Made by a program: the position numbers and the translations under genes
NCBI GenBank assembly: GCA_963777155.1
Contig: CAVZPM010000001.1
Coordinates: forward strand, 1 to 64,000
Source of the DNA: Candidatus Bathyarchaeota archaeon
GTDB lineage: Archaea; Thermoproteota; Bathyarchaeia; Bathyarchaeales; Bathycorpusculaceae
Reading direction: 5' to 3'
DNA: 64,000 bases
Notes under the pieces: generated by a model
What the model was told of the DNA's origin: nothing
The model's input: the letters and a program-made list of their open reading frames with translations, nothing else
The model's database searches: none
Shown: one piece after another, positions 9,837 through 20,201 of the stretch
Numbering within the stretch: position 1 is the first letter of the stretch
Layout of the letters: each line of letters begins with the position of its first letter

Positions 9837-10427
9837 CCACTTCCTATTATTGACTAAAAATAGCACTTTTCTCTTAGAAACGGAAAAAACAAGCAAGACG
9901 TTTATCACTATTAAATAGATAGGGAAAGCCAACTCAGCGAATCCCCAAGTTGTCGCCACAAGAAAACTTGTAATCGGACTAAATATGCCAATCATAAAGG
10001 GCCAAGCAGATTCTGTCTCTGGATTGCGCCATCCCTTGGAAAGAGTTGGAACTGCAGCTAGTGCATCGCTAACAATAGCAAAGAGGATTGCTAGATTTGG
10101 GCTACTGGTTAGGTACCAAAGGATGATGGCTATTCCTGATAGCGTTCCACAGAGGTAATCAAACGATGAGGTTTTCCAGTATGCTTTCTTGCTGAAAAAA
10201 GAAGCTATAAGCACTAGAAACGGGGAAAAACCAGACATGAACACTGGAATGACTGCCCAACCAACACCATTAGATACAGCAGCAGCGGATGCTATGAACG
10301 GAGCAATCGACCACATAAACCACGTTACCCTATTTGGTTTCGTTTGGCCTTTGAACATGGAGCGTATATAAATAGAGGCGCCAAGTAAAGTCGCAAAGGC
10401 AGCGATGAATACTGAGTACTCTAACAT
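9807..10427 (-). CDS. Multi-pass membrane protein (PQ-loop/SWEET-like repeat pattern)
   Basis: About 7 hydrophobic segments; duplicated motif KPNRVTW / VPTLSKGWRNPETES. Confidence 0.6.
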   Translation of the reverse strand: MLEYSVFIAAFATLLGASIYIRSMFKGQTKPNRVTWFMWSIAPFIASAAAVSNGVGWAVIPVFMSGFSPFLVLIASFFSKKAYWKTSSFDYLCGTLSGIAIILWYLTSSPNLAILFAIVSDALAAVPTLSKGWRNPETESAWPFMIGIFSPITSFLVATTWGFAELAFPIYLIVINVLLVFSVSKRKVLFLVNNRKWWRARGDLNP

Positions 10428-10429
10428 CG

Positions 10430-12818
10430 CTATTTAATTGGGAGCCTTTGACGTTTTTGGTTTGCGGTAGCTTGGATTTTTTTCGCTATTTGATACAACA
10501 GATTGCTTATGGCTAATGCGAAAGCTGGAATCGCTGGAAGAATGTACCATGAAAGCTTGGTTTGGGCGATGGTAAACACGAGAAGTACAATGCCCATCCA
10601 AGCTAAAAGCAAGGTATCAACTTTGGACTGTTTAAACACTGAGTTGAAAACGCAAAGCCCAGCTGCAAAAGGCAGCAGGATCGCCCAGACCCTCTCATTA
10701 TTAATTAAGTAGTTAAAGTAGAAGAGGTAGTCTCCGGTGTGTCCTTCAATTGGACTGATTGTCCGTATTACACCGCAGTAAATGATGAACCAGTTCCAAA
10801 AGGTTGAGCCAAAACTGAGGAACATATAGATTAGCCAAGGGGACAGAAGTAGAAGTCCGATTCCCCAGAAAGCCGTAAAATGCTTTGTAAACAGGAATCT
10901 GACACTTCTTCTTGTAACAAAAAGATAGGCAAAAATTGTTAACGGAATAAGCAGAGCCTCTACCTGCTTAGTCAATAGCGCCAAACCGAAAAACAAGCCG
11001 CTTAAAACTATATATCGGCTAATCTTTTTTGTTTGCTCGCTTAAAACAAAAAAGTAGATGCTAGCCAAAATAAAGAACACAAACGCAACATCGGTCATAG
11101 CATGTCTAGCAAAAAGGTAAAACGTTGTGAACGTTGCCAAAACTATGGCTGAAGTAAACCCAACAATACGGTTGAAGAGTCTTTTTCCCAAAAAATAAAT
11201 AACAACTAAGTGTTAACGCGCCAAAAATTGGGCTCCAAAGCCTTGTAACAAAATTGCTAACCCCGAAGGCTTGGTAACTAAGAGACATAAGCCACATGTA
11301 CAATGGCGGCTTGCCAATCCAAACAGCCAACCCTCCAAAAGCATAAGGCGTTACATAATCTCCGCTCTTAACCATATGGTAAGCCCACTGCGAATACGTT
11401 TGTTCATCTGCAGCCCAAAGCGGACCATTACCCAGATTTATGAAAAAAATGGTGGATATAGCCAGAATCGCCAAAATGCAGATGGCATCTGTGTGCACTG
11501 ATATCCAGGATTTTTTTTGAATTGGGTTGTTGATAGCTTCAGAGTTTCGTTTCGCCTGTTTATTAGTGTAGGCAAAGCGAAGAATTGTGTAGGAAATTAT
11601 CGCTGCAACGACTAAAGCTATTGAATCAAAGGCGACTGTCGCCCACCCAGAAGTGTTGCTGTTAGTCGATTGCAAAGGTGGGTTTTCAGAGGTTAACGTG
11701 TAGGCATAAAGGTGGCGGTCATTGGAGCCAACGTAGAGGATTCCATTTGCAATAGCTGGCGATGAGTCTACAATATTGCCAGTGGCAATACTCCATTTTT
11801 TCTGCCCATTTGAAGCGTTAAAACAATAAATGCTGTAGTCTTGAGAACCCACATATATGTTTCCGTTCATGATTGCAGGTGAAGATTGAACCCAAAACCC
11901 AGTAGGCGCCTGCCAAATTTTGTCGCCATTGGAAGAATTTAGGCAGTAAACATTGTTATCTTCCGAGCCAACATAGACGTATCCATAAGCGACGGCTGGG
12001 GATGAGTCCACGCAATCTTCTGTTTTGTACTGCCAAACCTTGTTTCCATTAGAAGCATTCAAACAGCAAACATAGCCATCGTATGAACCGATGTAGACAC
12101 ATCCATTATATATAGCGGGCGAAGAGGTAACGCTTCCCGTGTGTTGTTTCCAGATTAATTGGCTGGTTGACGCGTTTAGGGCATAAACATGGAAGTCGTC
12201 TGAAGCAAAGTACACAATCCCGTCGAATACTGCAGGTGAAGAGTTCACGCGATAGGAAAGTGGGAACTTCCAAGCTAAACTGCCGTCAGAAGCATTGAAA
12301 GCGAAAAACCCGTTTTTTCCAGACCCCACAAATACAATATCACCTGTCACTGCAGGAGAAGACTTGGCTTCTCCACCAACCATCGAAATCCAAACAGGCA
12401 TCCCCGTTGCGACGTCTAAACAGTAAATCCACCCGTCTTCCGAAGAAACATACACTCGTCCATTGTAGACAGAAGGTGATGACTCCACTTCAGCGGCGGT
12501 TGGAAAATTCCATATAGGTTGTCCATTAGAGGCGTTGAGGCAGTAAATGTTGTAGTCTTTACTGCCGAAAAATACGTAGCCTTCAGCAATTGCCGGGGAA
12601 GATGTTACTGGTCCACCAGTTATATACTTCCATAGGGGGATTGCAGAGTTCGTTTGGCTGTTGCCGATTGCGTCACCGCTGTGGTTTGTGTCATGTCGAA
12701 ATGTTCTCCAGTCGTCGGCACCGGGACTGGCATTTGTAGCTCGTGAAGCTGTCAAAGATTGAATCAGAATTAGGAAAATGAGCGTGATCAGCATCCAATT
12801 GTGTTTTCTCATGCCCAC
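10430..12818 (-). CDS. Fusion of an 8-bladed PQQ/BamB-like beta-propeller and an ArnT/PMT_2-like GT-C glycosyltransferase (frameshift near 11208)
   Basis: Signal peptide and eight SSP blades, then ADEQTY, KPPLYMW, ARHAMTD, ALLTK, EGH, TKLSWYILP; removing one base gives GALTLVVIYFLGKRLFN. Confidence 0.8.
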
Positions 12819-12990
12819 TTGGTCCCAAACCCAGTAGCAATGAATTTTGAGGCATATGATATATTAAATTATTGAAATGTGAAGAAAATAAAAGAAAAAG
12901 CCTGAAGGTGCAACATTAGTTCTGCATATTAGGGGTTATTTTTTTCCGAATATTATTGAAAAAATGTTGAAATGGTGAAAAGATTGGGTT

Positions 12991-13668
12991 CTATTCTCTG
13001 CTTGAAAGCACTATGATGTAGTCTGCTGTGTCAGCACACATGTCAGCTGCTTGCTCTATGAACTCGATTAAATCGTCAAAGATAACCATTGCACCACAAT
13101 TGATTTTTTCCCCATACTTGACAAAGAGGCTCTTAGACTTGAGATATTCAACATCAATTGCATGTTCGATGTCACCGACTGCTTTGGCTTCTTTTATGGC
13201 TTCGTTGGGATTGGAGGAGATTTTCTCTATACTTCCTCTTAGGGTTTGAGCTGTTTCAACGAGTTTTGAAGTCATAAAAACAGTTTTTTCAGTAAGCTCC
13301 TGAGGAATATCTGATTCACCGAGCATTTCGAGGCATCTTGCTGCATCTTTGGTGTGATCAGCTAAGGTGTCTAACCGCTTGACTAGGTGTAAAAGGTCTT
13401 CTCGGTAGTCAGCAACTAACGCTGCACCTTTGGATAACTCCATGAATACATCCGTTCGAAGTGTGTCGACTTCTTCTTCTGCCTTATAGAGGTTTTCGAT
13501 GTATTTTCTGGCTTCTTTGAAGTTTTTCTCCGAGAAGCTTTTGGTTGCTTTATGCAGCCAAGTTACTGTGTCAAAGGCTTTTGTTATCTGGTCATGTGCG
13601 AGTTCTAAACCTCTGGTTTTGCGGCGTTGCTCAAACCAATCGTAACTTTTTTTCTCCACCAACACCAT
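12991..13668 (-). CDS. DUF47/PhoU-like phosphate transport regulator
   Basis: EEEVD.LR, REDLLHLVKRLDTLAD, IEHAID, EQAADMCADTAD. Confidence 0.85.
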   Translation of the reverse strand: MVLVEKKSYDWFEQRRKTRGLELAHDQITKAFDTVTWLHKATKSFSEKNFKEARKYIENLYKAEEEVDTLRTDVFMELSKGAALVADYREDLLHLVKRLDTLADHTKDAARCLEMLGESDIPQELTEKTVFMTSKLVETAQTLRGSIEKISSNPNEAIKEAKAVGDIEHAIDVEYLKSKSLFVKYGEKINCGAMVIFDDLIEFIEQAADMCADTADYIIVLSSRE

Positions 13669-14006
13669 CTCCAATGTTAATAAACAATAAGTCCTGTTTT
13701 CAAATATAACCCTTCTCTTAATTTTGTTTTTACCGGACGTTAGCATCTATCGCTAAGAGCCAATCTGTGAGATCGGTCTTATTGGTTAATGTTTGATTTT
13801 TTTCACTTTTCTTTTGTCTCACTATTTAGCCCTCTCAACCAACACGTATATTATACATGGTTGAAGTACCATGTAGCTTCAGCTTTTGTGTGCTGCTTTT
13901 CTTGTTTCTTTGTTCGCACGACAATCCCTGCTGAAAGTATTCTTTCTCTGCCCTATTTAGAATCCCCAAATAATCTATAGAGAACACTTTATTCTATAGT
14001 GTCTTC

Positions 14007-14924
14007 TTAGGTCTCTAAAACCGCTCTTGCCAACGAAATCTTATCGTTCAAACTCCTCATCACAGTATTGGTCACCTTCACTTTGATTCCAAGGTTTTCG
14101 ATCCTGCTTTTCGCACCTGCATCCTTGCTGTCGATAACGAAGGTGTCAAGGAAATCCGCATAGAACTGTGCAACGCCAAAAGCGGAAACTTCCAAACCCA
14201 GCCCACGTAGCATCTTATCTGCAGGACCCTTAATTGGCAAACCCGCAACAATTGGGCTAACTCCAACGATTCTTGCCTTTGTCTGCTTCAACGCATCCTT
14301 TACACCATCAATTGCAAGAATGGTGCCAATGCTGACAACGGGATTGCTTGGGCAGATAATAACGACCTGAGCATTTAATATAGCCTCTAAAACTCCTGGT
14401 GAAGGTTTCGCCGTGGTGGCGCCGACAAATTCCACTGCTAAAACCTCGTCTTTGCATTGTCTTTTGACGAAGTACTCCTCAAAATGCATTGAACCATTAC
14501 CTGTTGTAACTCTTGTTTCAAATTTGTCGTTTGACATTGGCAAAATCTTGACTTTAAGCCTTAAATTATGACAGATCTCAGAAGTAATTTGCGATAGTTT
14601 GAATCCTTGATTTAATCGGTTGGTTCGGTAAATGTGGGTTGCCAAGTCCCTGTCGCCAAGGCCAAACCAGGTGTCAAAGCCCTGTATTTTGAGCATGTCT
14701 AAGCATTGGAATGTGTCGCCTCTGATTCCCCAGCCCTTTTCCTCATCAACAATGCCCGCTAATGTGTACGCAACAATGTCGATGTCTGGTGAGATGTGCA
14801 ATCCGAACAGCTCGATATCGTCGCCTGTGTTTGCGATAACTGTCAAGTCTTCCTCTCTAATTAGTTGGGTTAAGCCCGTTAAGAATCTGGCTGCGCCAAC
14901 TCCTCCTGCCAAGGCTACAATCAA
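14007..14924 (-). CDS. cofD: 2-phospho-L-lactate transferase (F420 biosynthesis)
   Basis: LAGGVGAARF, NTGDD, SPDID, LGDRDLATH, PSNPVVSIG, GPADK. Confidence 0.92.
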   Translation of the reverse strand: MIVALAGGVGAARFLTGLTQLIREEDLTVIANTGDDIELFGLHISPDIDIVAYTLAGIVDEEKGWGIRGDTFQCLDMLKIQGFDTWFGLGDRDLATHIYRTNRLNQGFKLSQITSEICHNLRLKVKILPMSNDKFETRVTTGNGSMHFEEYFVKRQCKDEVLAVEFVGATTAKPSPGVLEAILNAQVVIICPSNPVVSIGTILAIDGVKDALKQTKARIVGVSPIVAGLPIKGPADKMLRGLGLEVSAFGVAQFYADFLDTFVIDSKDAGAKSRIENLGIKVKVTNTVMRSLNDKISLARAVLET

Positions 14925-14939
14925 GTAGTCACTTCCAGT

Positions 14940-15407
14940 TTAAGGATGATGGCTATCTTTTTCTGAAACCCAGTACTGGGAAGCAGCACCTTGTTTTGTA
15001 ATTATGTGTTCTTTCTTGAAAACGGGCACTTCGCTCTTGTATCTCTCAACGGCTTCTCGCAAAACAGGAAAGACTTCTGTTCGGTGTGCGCCTGCGACTG
15101 CCACGTAAACCAAGTCATCCCCCACTTTGAATTCGCCAAGAAGGTGGTGAATTTGAACGTTCACTACTCCTGGTTTTCTAGATAATTCAGAACTTATCTC
15201 CGTCAGCACTTGGTCAGCCTTTTCTTCGTAAGATTCTATTGTGAGCCCTTCAACTTTTTCTTTTTCTGACTCAAGCGTTTCCCCACGCACCACACCAATG
15301 AAAAGTCCAATTGCGCCTGCTTTGGAGTAGTTTGGATCTTTTTTGATGTTGTTTATGACATCTTGGACATTGAACGTTCCTTTTTCATGAACACCAGCAT
15401 TGGTCAA
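14940..15407 (-). CDS. moaE: Molybdopterin synthase catalytic subunit
   Basis: GAIGLFIGVVR, AGAHR, K..VPVFKKE. Confidence 0.9.
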   Translation of the reverse strand: MTNAGVHEKGTFNVQDVINNIKKDPNYSKAGAIGLFIGVVRGETLESEKEKVEGLTIESYEEKADQVLTEISSELSRKPGVVNVQIHHLLGEFKVGDDLVYVAVAGAHRTEVFPVLREAVERYKSEVPVFKKEHIITKQGAASQYWVSEKDSHHP

Positions 15408-15496
15408 AACTTGTACTCTCCCGAATAGGAAAATACTAGAGTCCTGTCTAAAACTGTTTACGGTTAAAAAATAGAAAACAAAAAAATGAAATTATG

Positions 15497-16141
15497 TTAT
15501 GCTGAGGCTGGCGCAACTTGCGCTGGTGCAGCTTCTTCTGGTGTTTCTGGCAGTTTTGCTGGTGCAGAGATGAGCTTGGATTTTCTTATGCCGACATGTC
15601 TTAGTGGTGCAACGAGTTTGGCTTGATTGTAAATGTCTGAGGCGATTTTTCCAAGGACCATTTCTTGGACAAACTGGTCGAGGGTTAAGGCTACAGCTTT
15701 TTCCTTAATTGTTTTTGTCATCATGACCCGGATGATTTTTTCTTGTGAGGTCTTTATTCTTGAAAGTGTCAGGGCTGAAACAGCTATTCTGAGTTTGTAG
15801 CCGTCTTTTGTTGTCAGGTTGAATAATCCGTCAACTTTGGTGGTTCTTCTTCTGACCAAACTGCGTAGGTAATCTCTTGAGTATTCATGACCTTTGAAGA
15901 GTGTCCTGGCAGATTTTCCTTCAATCTGGTTTATCTGGAACATCATTTTGAGGTAATGATGGGAAAAGTCCCCTGTGATGTCATAAAGGGTTGCTTCGAC
16001 AACTCTGCCGATCAGCTGTTGTTCTTCTTGGGCAGGTATCGAACCTAACTCTATGTTACCAAAGAATGATGGCGCAACTACCATATACCATGATTTACCA
16101 CGCCATTTATCGCGAACGTGCTTTGTTGATTTGGTAGACAA
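15497..16141 (-). CDS. rps3ae: 30S ribosomal protein S3Ae (eS1)
   Basis: DKWRGKSWY, GRVVEATLYDITGD, DYLRSLVRR, IRKSK. Confidence 0.95.
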   Translation of the reverse strand: MSTKSTKHVRDKWRGKSWYMVVAPSFFGNIELGSIPAQEEQQLIGRVVEATLYDITGDFSHHYLKMMFQINQIEGKSARTLFKGHEYSRDYLRSLVRRRTTKVDGLFNLTTKDGYKLRIAVSALTLSRIKTSQEKIIRVMMTKTIKEKAVALTLDQFVQEMVLGKIASDIYNQAKLVAPLRHVGIRKSKLISAPAKLPETPEEAAPAQVAPASA

Positions 16142-16191
16142 ACGTATTTCTCCAAACGTGCCACAAGATTCTCAACGAAATATTAAAAGGT

Positions 16192-17481
16192 TTATGGCTT
16201 TTTACTAATTTTCTCTCTGTTACCCATGTACTTTCTTAGCACTTCAGGTATGTTTATTGTTCCGTCCTGATTCTGGTTGTTTTCTAGCAAAGCAACTATG
16301 GTTCTCCCTGTTGCGATGGCTGTAGAGTTTAGGGTGTGGACGAAACCTTTAGGCGGTGCCCCTTCTTTTTCGCGGTACTTTATTCCCAGTCGTCTGCCTT
16401 GGTAATCGGTGCAGTTGCTGCAGGAAACAACTTCGCGGTAGCCGTTCTGTGCTGGCATCCAAGCTTCAATATCATACTTCTTTGCCGCAACCATGCCAAT
16501 GTCGCCAGTGCAAACGTTAACAACTTGATAGGCTAAGCCGAGTTTCTGCAGAATTCTTTCCGCGTTCTCCAGAAGTTCCTCGAGTAGTTTTGGTGAGTCT
16601 TCTGGTTTGCAGAAGATGAATTGTTCGATTTTGTTGAATTGGTGGGTTCGGAAGATGCCCCGGGTGTCTTTACCATGTGCACCTGCTTCTTTGCGGAAAC
16701 ACGTGCTAATTCCAGCTAGCTTGACCGGCATTTCTTGCTCTCTTAGAGTTTCATTCATCAGCATGGCTGCCATCGGGTGCTCAGATGTAGCAATCATGTA
16801 GAGGTCTTCGCCCTCCACCTTGTAGAGGACATCGCCAAAGTCGCCAAGAGAAGTTACTCCTTCATATGCTTCCCTCTTCATCATGTAAGGCGGTACAATT
16901 GGCGTGTAGCCTATCTTTGAGAGTTCCTCGATAGCAAAGCACATCAAAGCCATGTCGAGCATAGCGACTTCATTTTTAAGATAGAAGAATCTTGCACCGC
17001 TCACTTTCCCAGCGCGTTCCATGTCAATCTGGCCTAACTCAAGTGCCAAATCAATATGATTTTTTATTGGGTAAGAGAACTGTGGAATATTACCCCAAGT
17101 CTTAAGCTGCACGTTATCGTTTGAATCGTTTCCTAGTGGAACAGAATCATCTAGCAAGTTTGGCAACCGCAAAAGGTAATCATGGATTTTCTGTTCTTGG
17201 TCAACGACCAATTTCTCTGTTAGTTTAATTTTCTGGTCTGTGTTCTGTGCTCTTATGAATTCGTCGGCGGCTTCTTGTCCAGCTTTCTTAAGTTTAGCAA
17301 TTTCTATGGTTACGAGTTTTCGGTCATGGCGCAACTCATTTAGTTTAGTGTTGTTCAAGCGCCAATCTTTGTCTAGGACAATTAACTCATCAAGCATCTG
17401 GATTACTTCTGAGTTGCCTCGTTTAGCCAAATTAGTCCTCACAAGTTCAGGATTCTCGCGGATAAGCTTGATATCTAACAT
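16192..17481 (-). CDS. serS: Serine--tRNA ligase (bacterial-type)
   Basis: MLDIKLIR, ATSEHP, FRKEAG, HQFNKIEQF, SCSNCTDYQ.RR, HTLNST. Confidence 0.95.
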   Translation of the reverse strand: MLDIKLIRENPELVRTNLAKRGNSEVIQMLDELIVLDKDWRLNNTKLNELRHDRKLVTIEIAKLKKAGQEAADEFIRAQNTDQKIKLTEKLVVDQEQKIHDYLLRLPNLLDDSVPLGNDSNDNVQLKTWGNIPQFSYPIKNHIDLALELGQIDMERAGKVSGARFFYLKNEVAMLDMALMCFAIEELSKIGYTPIVPPYMMKREAYEGVTSLGDFGDVLYKVEGEDLYMIATSEHPMAAMLMNETLREQEMPVKLAGISTCFRKEAGAHGKDTRGIFRTHQFNKIEQFIFCKPEDSPKLLEELLENAERILQKLGLAYQVVNVCTGDIGMVAAKKYDIEAWMPAQNGYREVVSCSNCTDYQGRRLGIKYREKEGAPPKGFVHTLNSTAIATGRTIVALLENNQNQDGTINIPEVLRKYMGNREKISKKP

Positions 17482-17706
17482 CGGACTCACACAGAATAAT
17501 TCTCTAACTAACAAAATCAGCTATTTAACTTTACGATACAGACACTTACTAAAATTTTATTATGCGTTGTTCCGTTGCTCTAAGGTGACTATAACCTGTA
17601 CATGGAACAACTCTTGAAGTGCAGAAAAATACTTTTGTTTAGAGAAAATTTGAAGTTATCTAAGAAATGAAAAAAGATGTTTGGGTCTCTAATTTATATG
17701 TCCCGT

Positions 17707-17994
17707 TCATTTTTTGGTTAAGGTTATCTCCATTGTGGAAACCATTCTGGACTTGCTCTCTCCCTCACGAGGTGGCATCTCGACAGTTCCAATTGCAATC
17801 TTAGTAACTTTAAGGTCTTTGATGAACCGGTTTCTTGTGATTTCAGCTACATCAACAGCGGTAGTTATGGCTTGACCTCTTGCTTTCAATGTAATCTCTT
17901 TTAGGTTTCCTGCTGAGAGGCTTGTAATGATTGCCAGAACATAACTCATTGGAGGTTTGTTTCCCACGAAGATAACATCTGCATTTTGGGTCAT
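17707..17994 (-). CDS. albA: DNA/RNA-binding protein Alba
   Basis: VGNKPPMSYV, LKARGQAITTAVDVAE, VSTMEI; ATG at 17994 with GGAG RBS. Confidence 0.95.
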   Translation of the reverse strand: MTQNADVIFVGNKPPMSYVLAIITSLSAGNLKEITLKARGQAITTAVDVAEITRNRFIKDLKVTKIAIGTVEMPPREGESKSRMVSTMEITLTKK

Positions 17995-18206
17995 TTCGTT
18001 TTTACTCCTTTTGTTTGCTTTGTGTAACGTTGCTGTTTTGCGCTTTGTTGCGCGGCAGAACGTCACTGCCAAAATATGCAGGTTCTTCCTTATAAGTCCA
18101 TTGAAAAGCCACTCTTTAACGAATAAATGTCCAACAAATAGGTAAGAAAGGCTTTTCTACGGCTAATCCCCTATTGACAAATAACACTTACTCAGATGAG
18201 AATAAC

Positions 18207-18815
18207 TTGTTAACTAAAATGAAGAAAAAAGTCCAAGAACTTCTGACCACAGAAGCTAAAATTGCCCACAAACTAGGTTTTACTCCCAACTGCATAAGTG
18301 CCATCGGATTCATTTTGGCATTTGCTTCCGCAGTTTCGTATGTATTAACCTCAACAACACAACCTTGGTTCCTCATTTTGGCTGTAGTTTTCCTCTTAAC
18401 TTCAGGTTTTTGTGACACATTAGACGGTATAGTCGCCCGCACATATGGGCAAACGACTGTTTTCGGAGGCTTCTTTGACTCAGTCCTTGACAGATATGCA
18501 GATGCGGCCGTCTACGCAGCAATAATCATCGCTGGTTTATGCAATCAAATTTGGGGCTTAGCGGCTTTAGCTGGTTCCATATTGGTTAGCTATACTCGTG
18601 CAAGGGCAGAAGCTGTAGGAATAAAAATGGAGTCAGTGGGTTTCGCTGAACGGGCGGAACGTATGCTTATTTTGGCGGCGGTTTCGATAATTGCGTTCTG
18701 GTGGCTTCCAGCTTTAGACTATGGAATAATCTTATTGGCTGTAATTTCAAACCTTACGGTTATACAAAGAGCACTTTACGTTTACAAGACATTAAAGAAA
18801 AAAGCAGCAGAATAG
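18207..18815 (+). CDS. CDP-alcohol phosphatidyltransferase (archaetidylinositol-phosphate synthase-like)
   Basis: TPN, DTLDGIVAR..G..TVFGGFFDSVLDRYAD, SYTRARAE, ERAER. Confidence 0.88.
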   Translation: MLTKMKKKVQELLTTEAKIAHKLGFTPNCISAIGFILAFASAVSYVLTSTTQPWFLILAVVFLLTSGFCDTLDGIVARTYGQTTVFGGFFDSVLDRYADAAVYAAIIIAGLCNQIWGLAALAGSILVSYTRARAEAVGIKMESVGFAERAERMLILAAVSIIAFWWLPALDYGIILLAVISNLTVIQRALYVYKTLKKKAAE

Positions 18816-18819
18816 CCGC

Positions 18820-19113
18820 TTAGTACCTTCTTTTGTATCCTCTTGAATGGCGTTCGTTTTCAGCGCGGACCTTAACGATGCCGCGGTGAACTGCACAGGA
18901 GATACAGTAGAATTTTGTGTCTACCCAAGAGGCTAAGTATGTGCCGCTTTGTCTGAGTTCTTTGGCAAGTTGCGGCTCAACAAAGGATACTCGTCGCGTG
19001 GATCGCTTTGCTTTGTCTCGTGGCACCGAAGCCCCGCAATTTGCGCATTGAACTAGAGTGCTGCTTCCTTTGTTTCCTTTTGATCTTCCTCGGCTTTTTC
19101 GTTTTACGGGCAT
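18820..19113 (-). CDS. rps26e: 30S ribosomal protein S26e (eS26)
   Basis: MPVKRKSRGR, CANCG..VPRDKA, YCISCAVH. Confidence 0.95.
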   Translation of the reverse strand: MPVKRKSRGRSKGNKGSSTLVQCANCGASVPRDKAKRSTRRVSFVEPQLAKELRQSGTYLASWVDTKFYCISCAVHRGIVKVRAENERHSRGYKRRY

Positions 19114-19160
19114 TATTTTGACCTCTTCTTTTCTAATGTTCCATTATTGCCTTAACTATC

Positions 19161-20048
19161 TTATATATCTGACCGTAATTTTAGGAGAGAAGCAATGTTT
19201 GCGTTCTTATCGATCTGGGGAACAATTTTTCCATCAGGCGAAGTCATCAATGTAGTCACTCCGGGACCATGACCTGCCGTGACACAGTTTGTATGAACAA
19301 CTACTCCAACCGAAACTGCGCCTTGACGGTAAATTCTGCCAAACGAATGGTCCGCGTCGATGATTGCAACCAAATCGCCAAGCCTTAAGCTTCCCAACCC
19401 ATACTGCTCAACGACTCCGCTATCGAACAATTGAATGTCATAGTCGCCAGAGTTAACTTGGTTTGCGCCTAAACCTGAACCCATGATCGCTGCCGGAACA
19501 ATATGAGTGACAGGCACTTCCAGTTTGACCCCATTGGGTTTGGTGTTCCATACCTCAAGCAACCTTGGGTCAATGTTTAGAACTTTTATGCTTGGGAAAT
19601 CCAGAAGCTTCAAACCTGTACCATAAGCTTTGATTAGTATTCGGTCGCCAAGTACAAGTTTCTCCAGAACCTCTGATGGAAAATCAACTAGAACATGTTC
19701 TATTCCACCGTGCTTTCCCGTTACTGTTCCCTTAGCACCCTTTGCGTCGCCAGTGGATACAATTGCTTGGTTACCTATGCATGAGAGCACATTAAATGCT
19801 GTGTTTGCAGCTTGTCCTGAACGAGCATCGTTTTCTTTGTTTTCTACACTAACGCCTGGTTCCACATGATCTGCTTCCCAACCGCATGCTGGGTCGCCAA
19901 CTCTAAGATTATAGGTTATGCCGCCAACTCCGGGTAGCACTACGGGTTTTCCTGTTGCTGACACATTGTAGACATTGCGAATAGTTGGGTGGGCGATTTC
20001 TCCCATAACTGAGATTTTTATGAGTTTTTGACCGTTTGTTTTTAGCAT
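19161..20048 (-). CDS. DUF4438 family protein
   Basis: PGVGGITYN, DHVEPGVS, GKHGGIEH, MGSGLG, GDYDI, GHGPG. Confidence 0.75.
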   Translation of the reverse strand: MLKTNGQKLIKISVMGEIAHPTIRNVYNVSATGKPVVLPGVGGITYNLRVGDPACGWEADHVEPGVSVENKENDARSGQAANTAFNVLSCIGNQAIVSTGDAKGAKGTVTGKHGGIEHVLVDFPSEVLEKLVLGDRILIKAYGTGLKLLDFPSIKVLNIDPRLLEVWNTKPNGVKLEVPVTHIVPAAIMGSGLGANQVNSGDYDIQLFDSGVVEQYGLGSLRLGDLVAIIDADHSFGRIYRQGAVSVGVVVHTNCVTAGHGPGVTTLMTSPDGKIVPQIDKNANIASLLKLRSDI

Positions 20049-20201
20049 AAATTGGTCCTCTTAGGCTTGTGGTCTATCCACGTTGGGTCTAATAAAACTT
20101 CATAACTAATCTTTGAGGTTAAGCAACTCTTAAATTATGCCTTACTTTTATGTTCACATAGAAGCGAGCTTAAAAACAGAATTGTTGGAGCGAATTTATT
20201 C

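Noticed and set aside
13750-14000. Small ORFs and hairpins (AGCCAAT/ATTGGTT; CATGGT-N6-ACCATG) upstream of the DUF47 gene
   Set aside because: No RBS-supported ORF and no recognisable riboswitch or Pho-box pattern.
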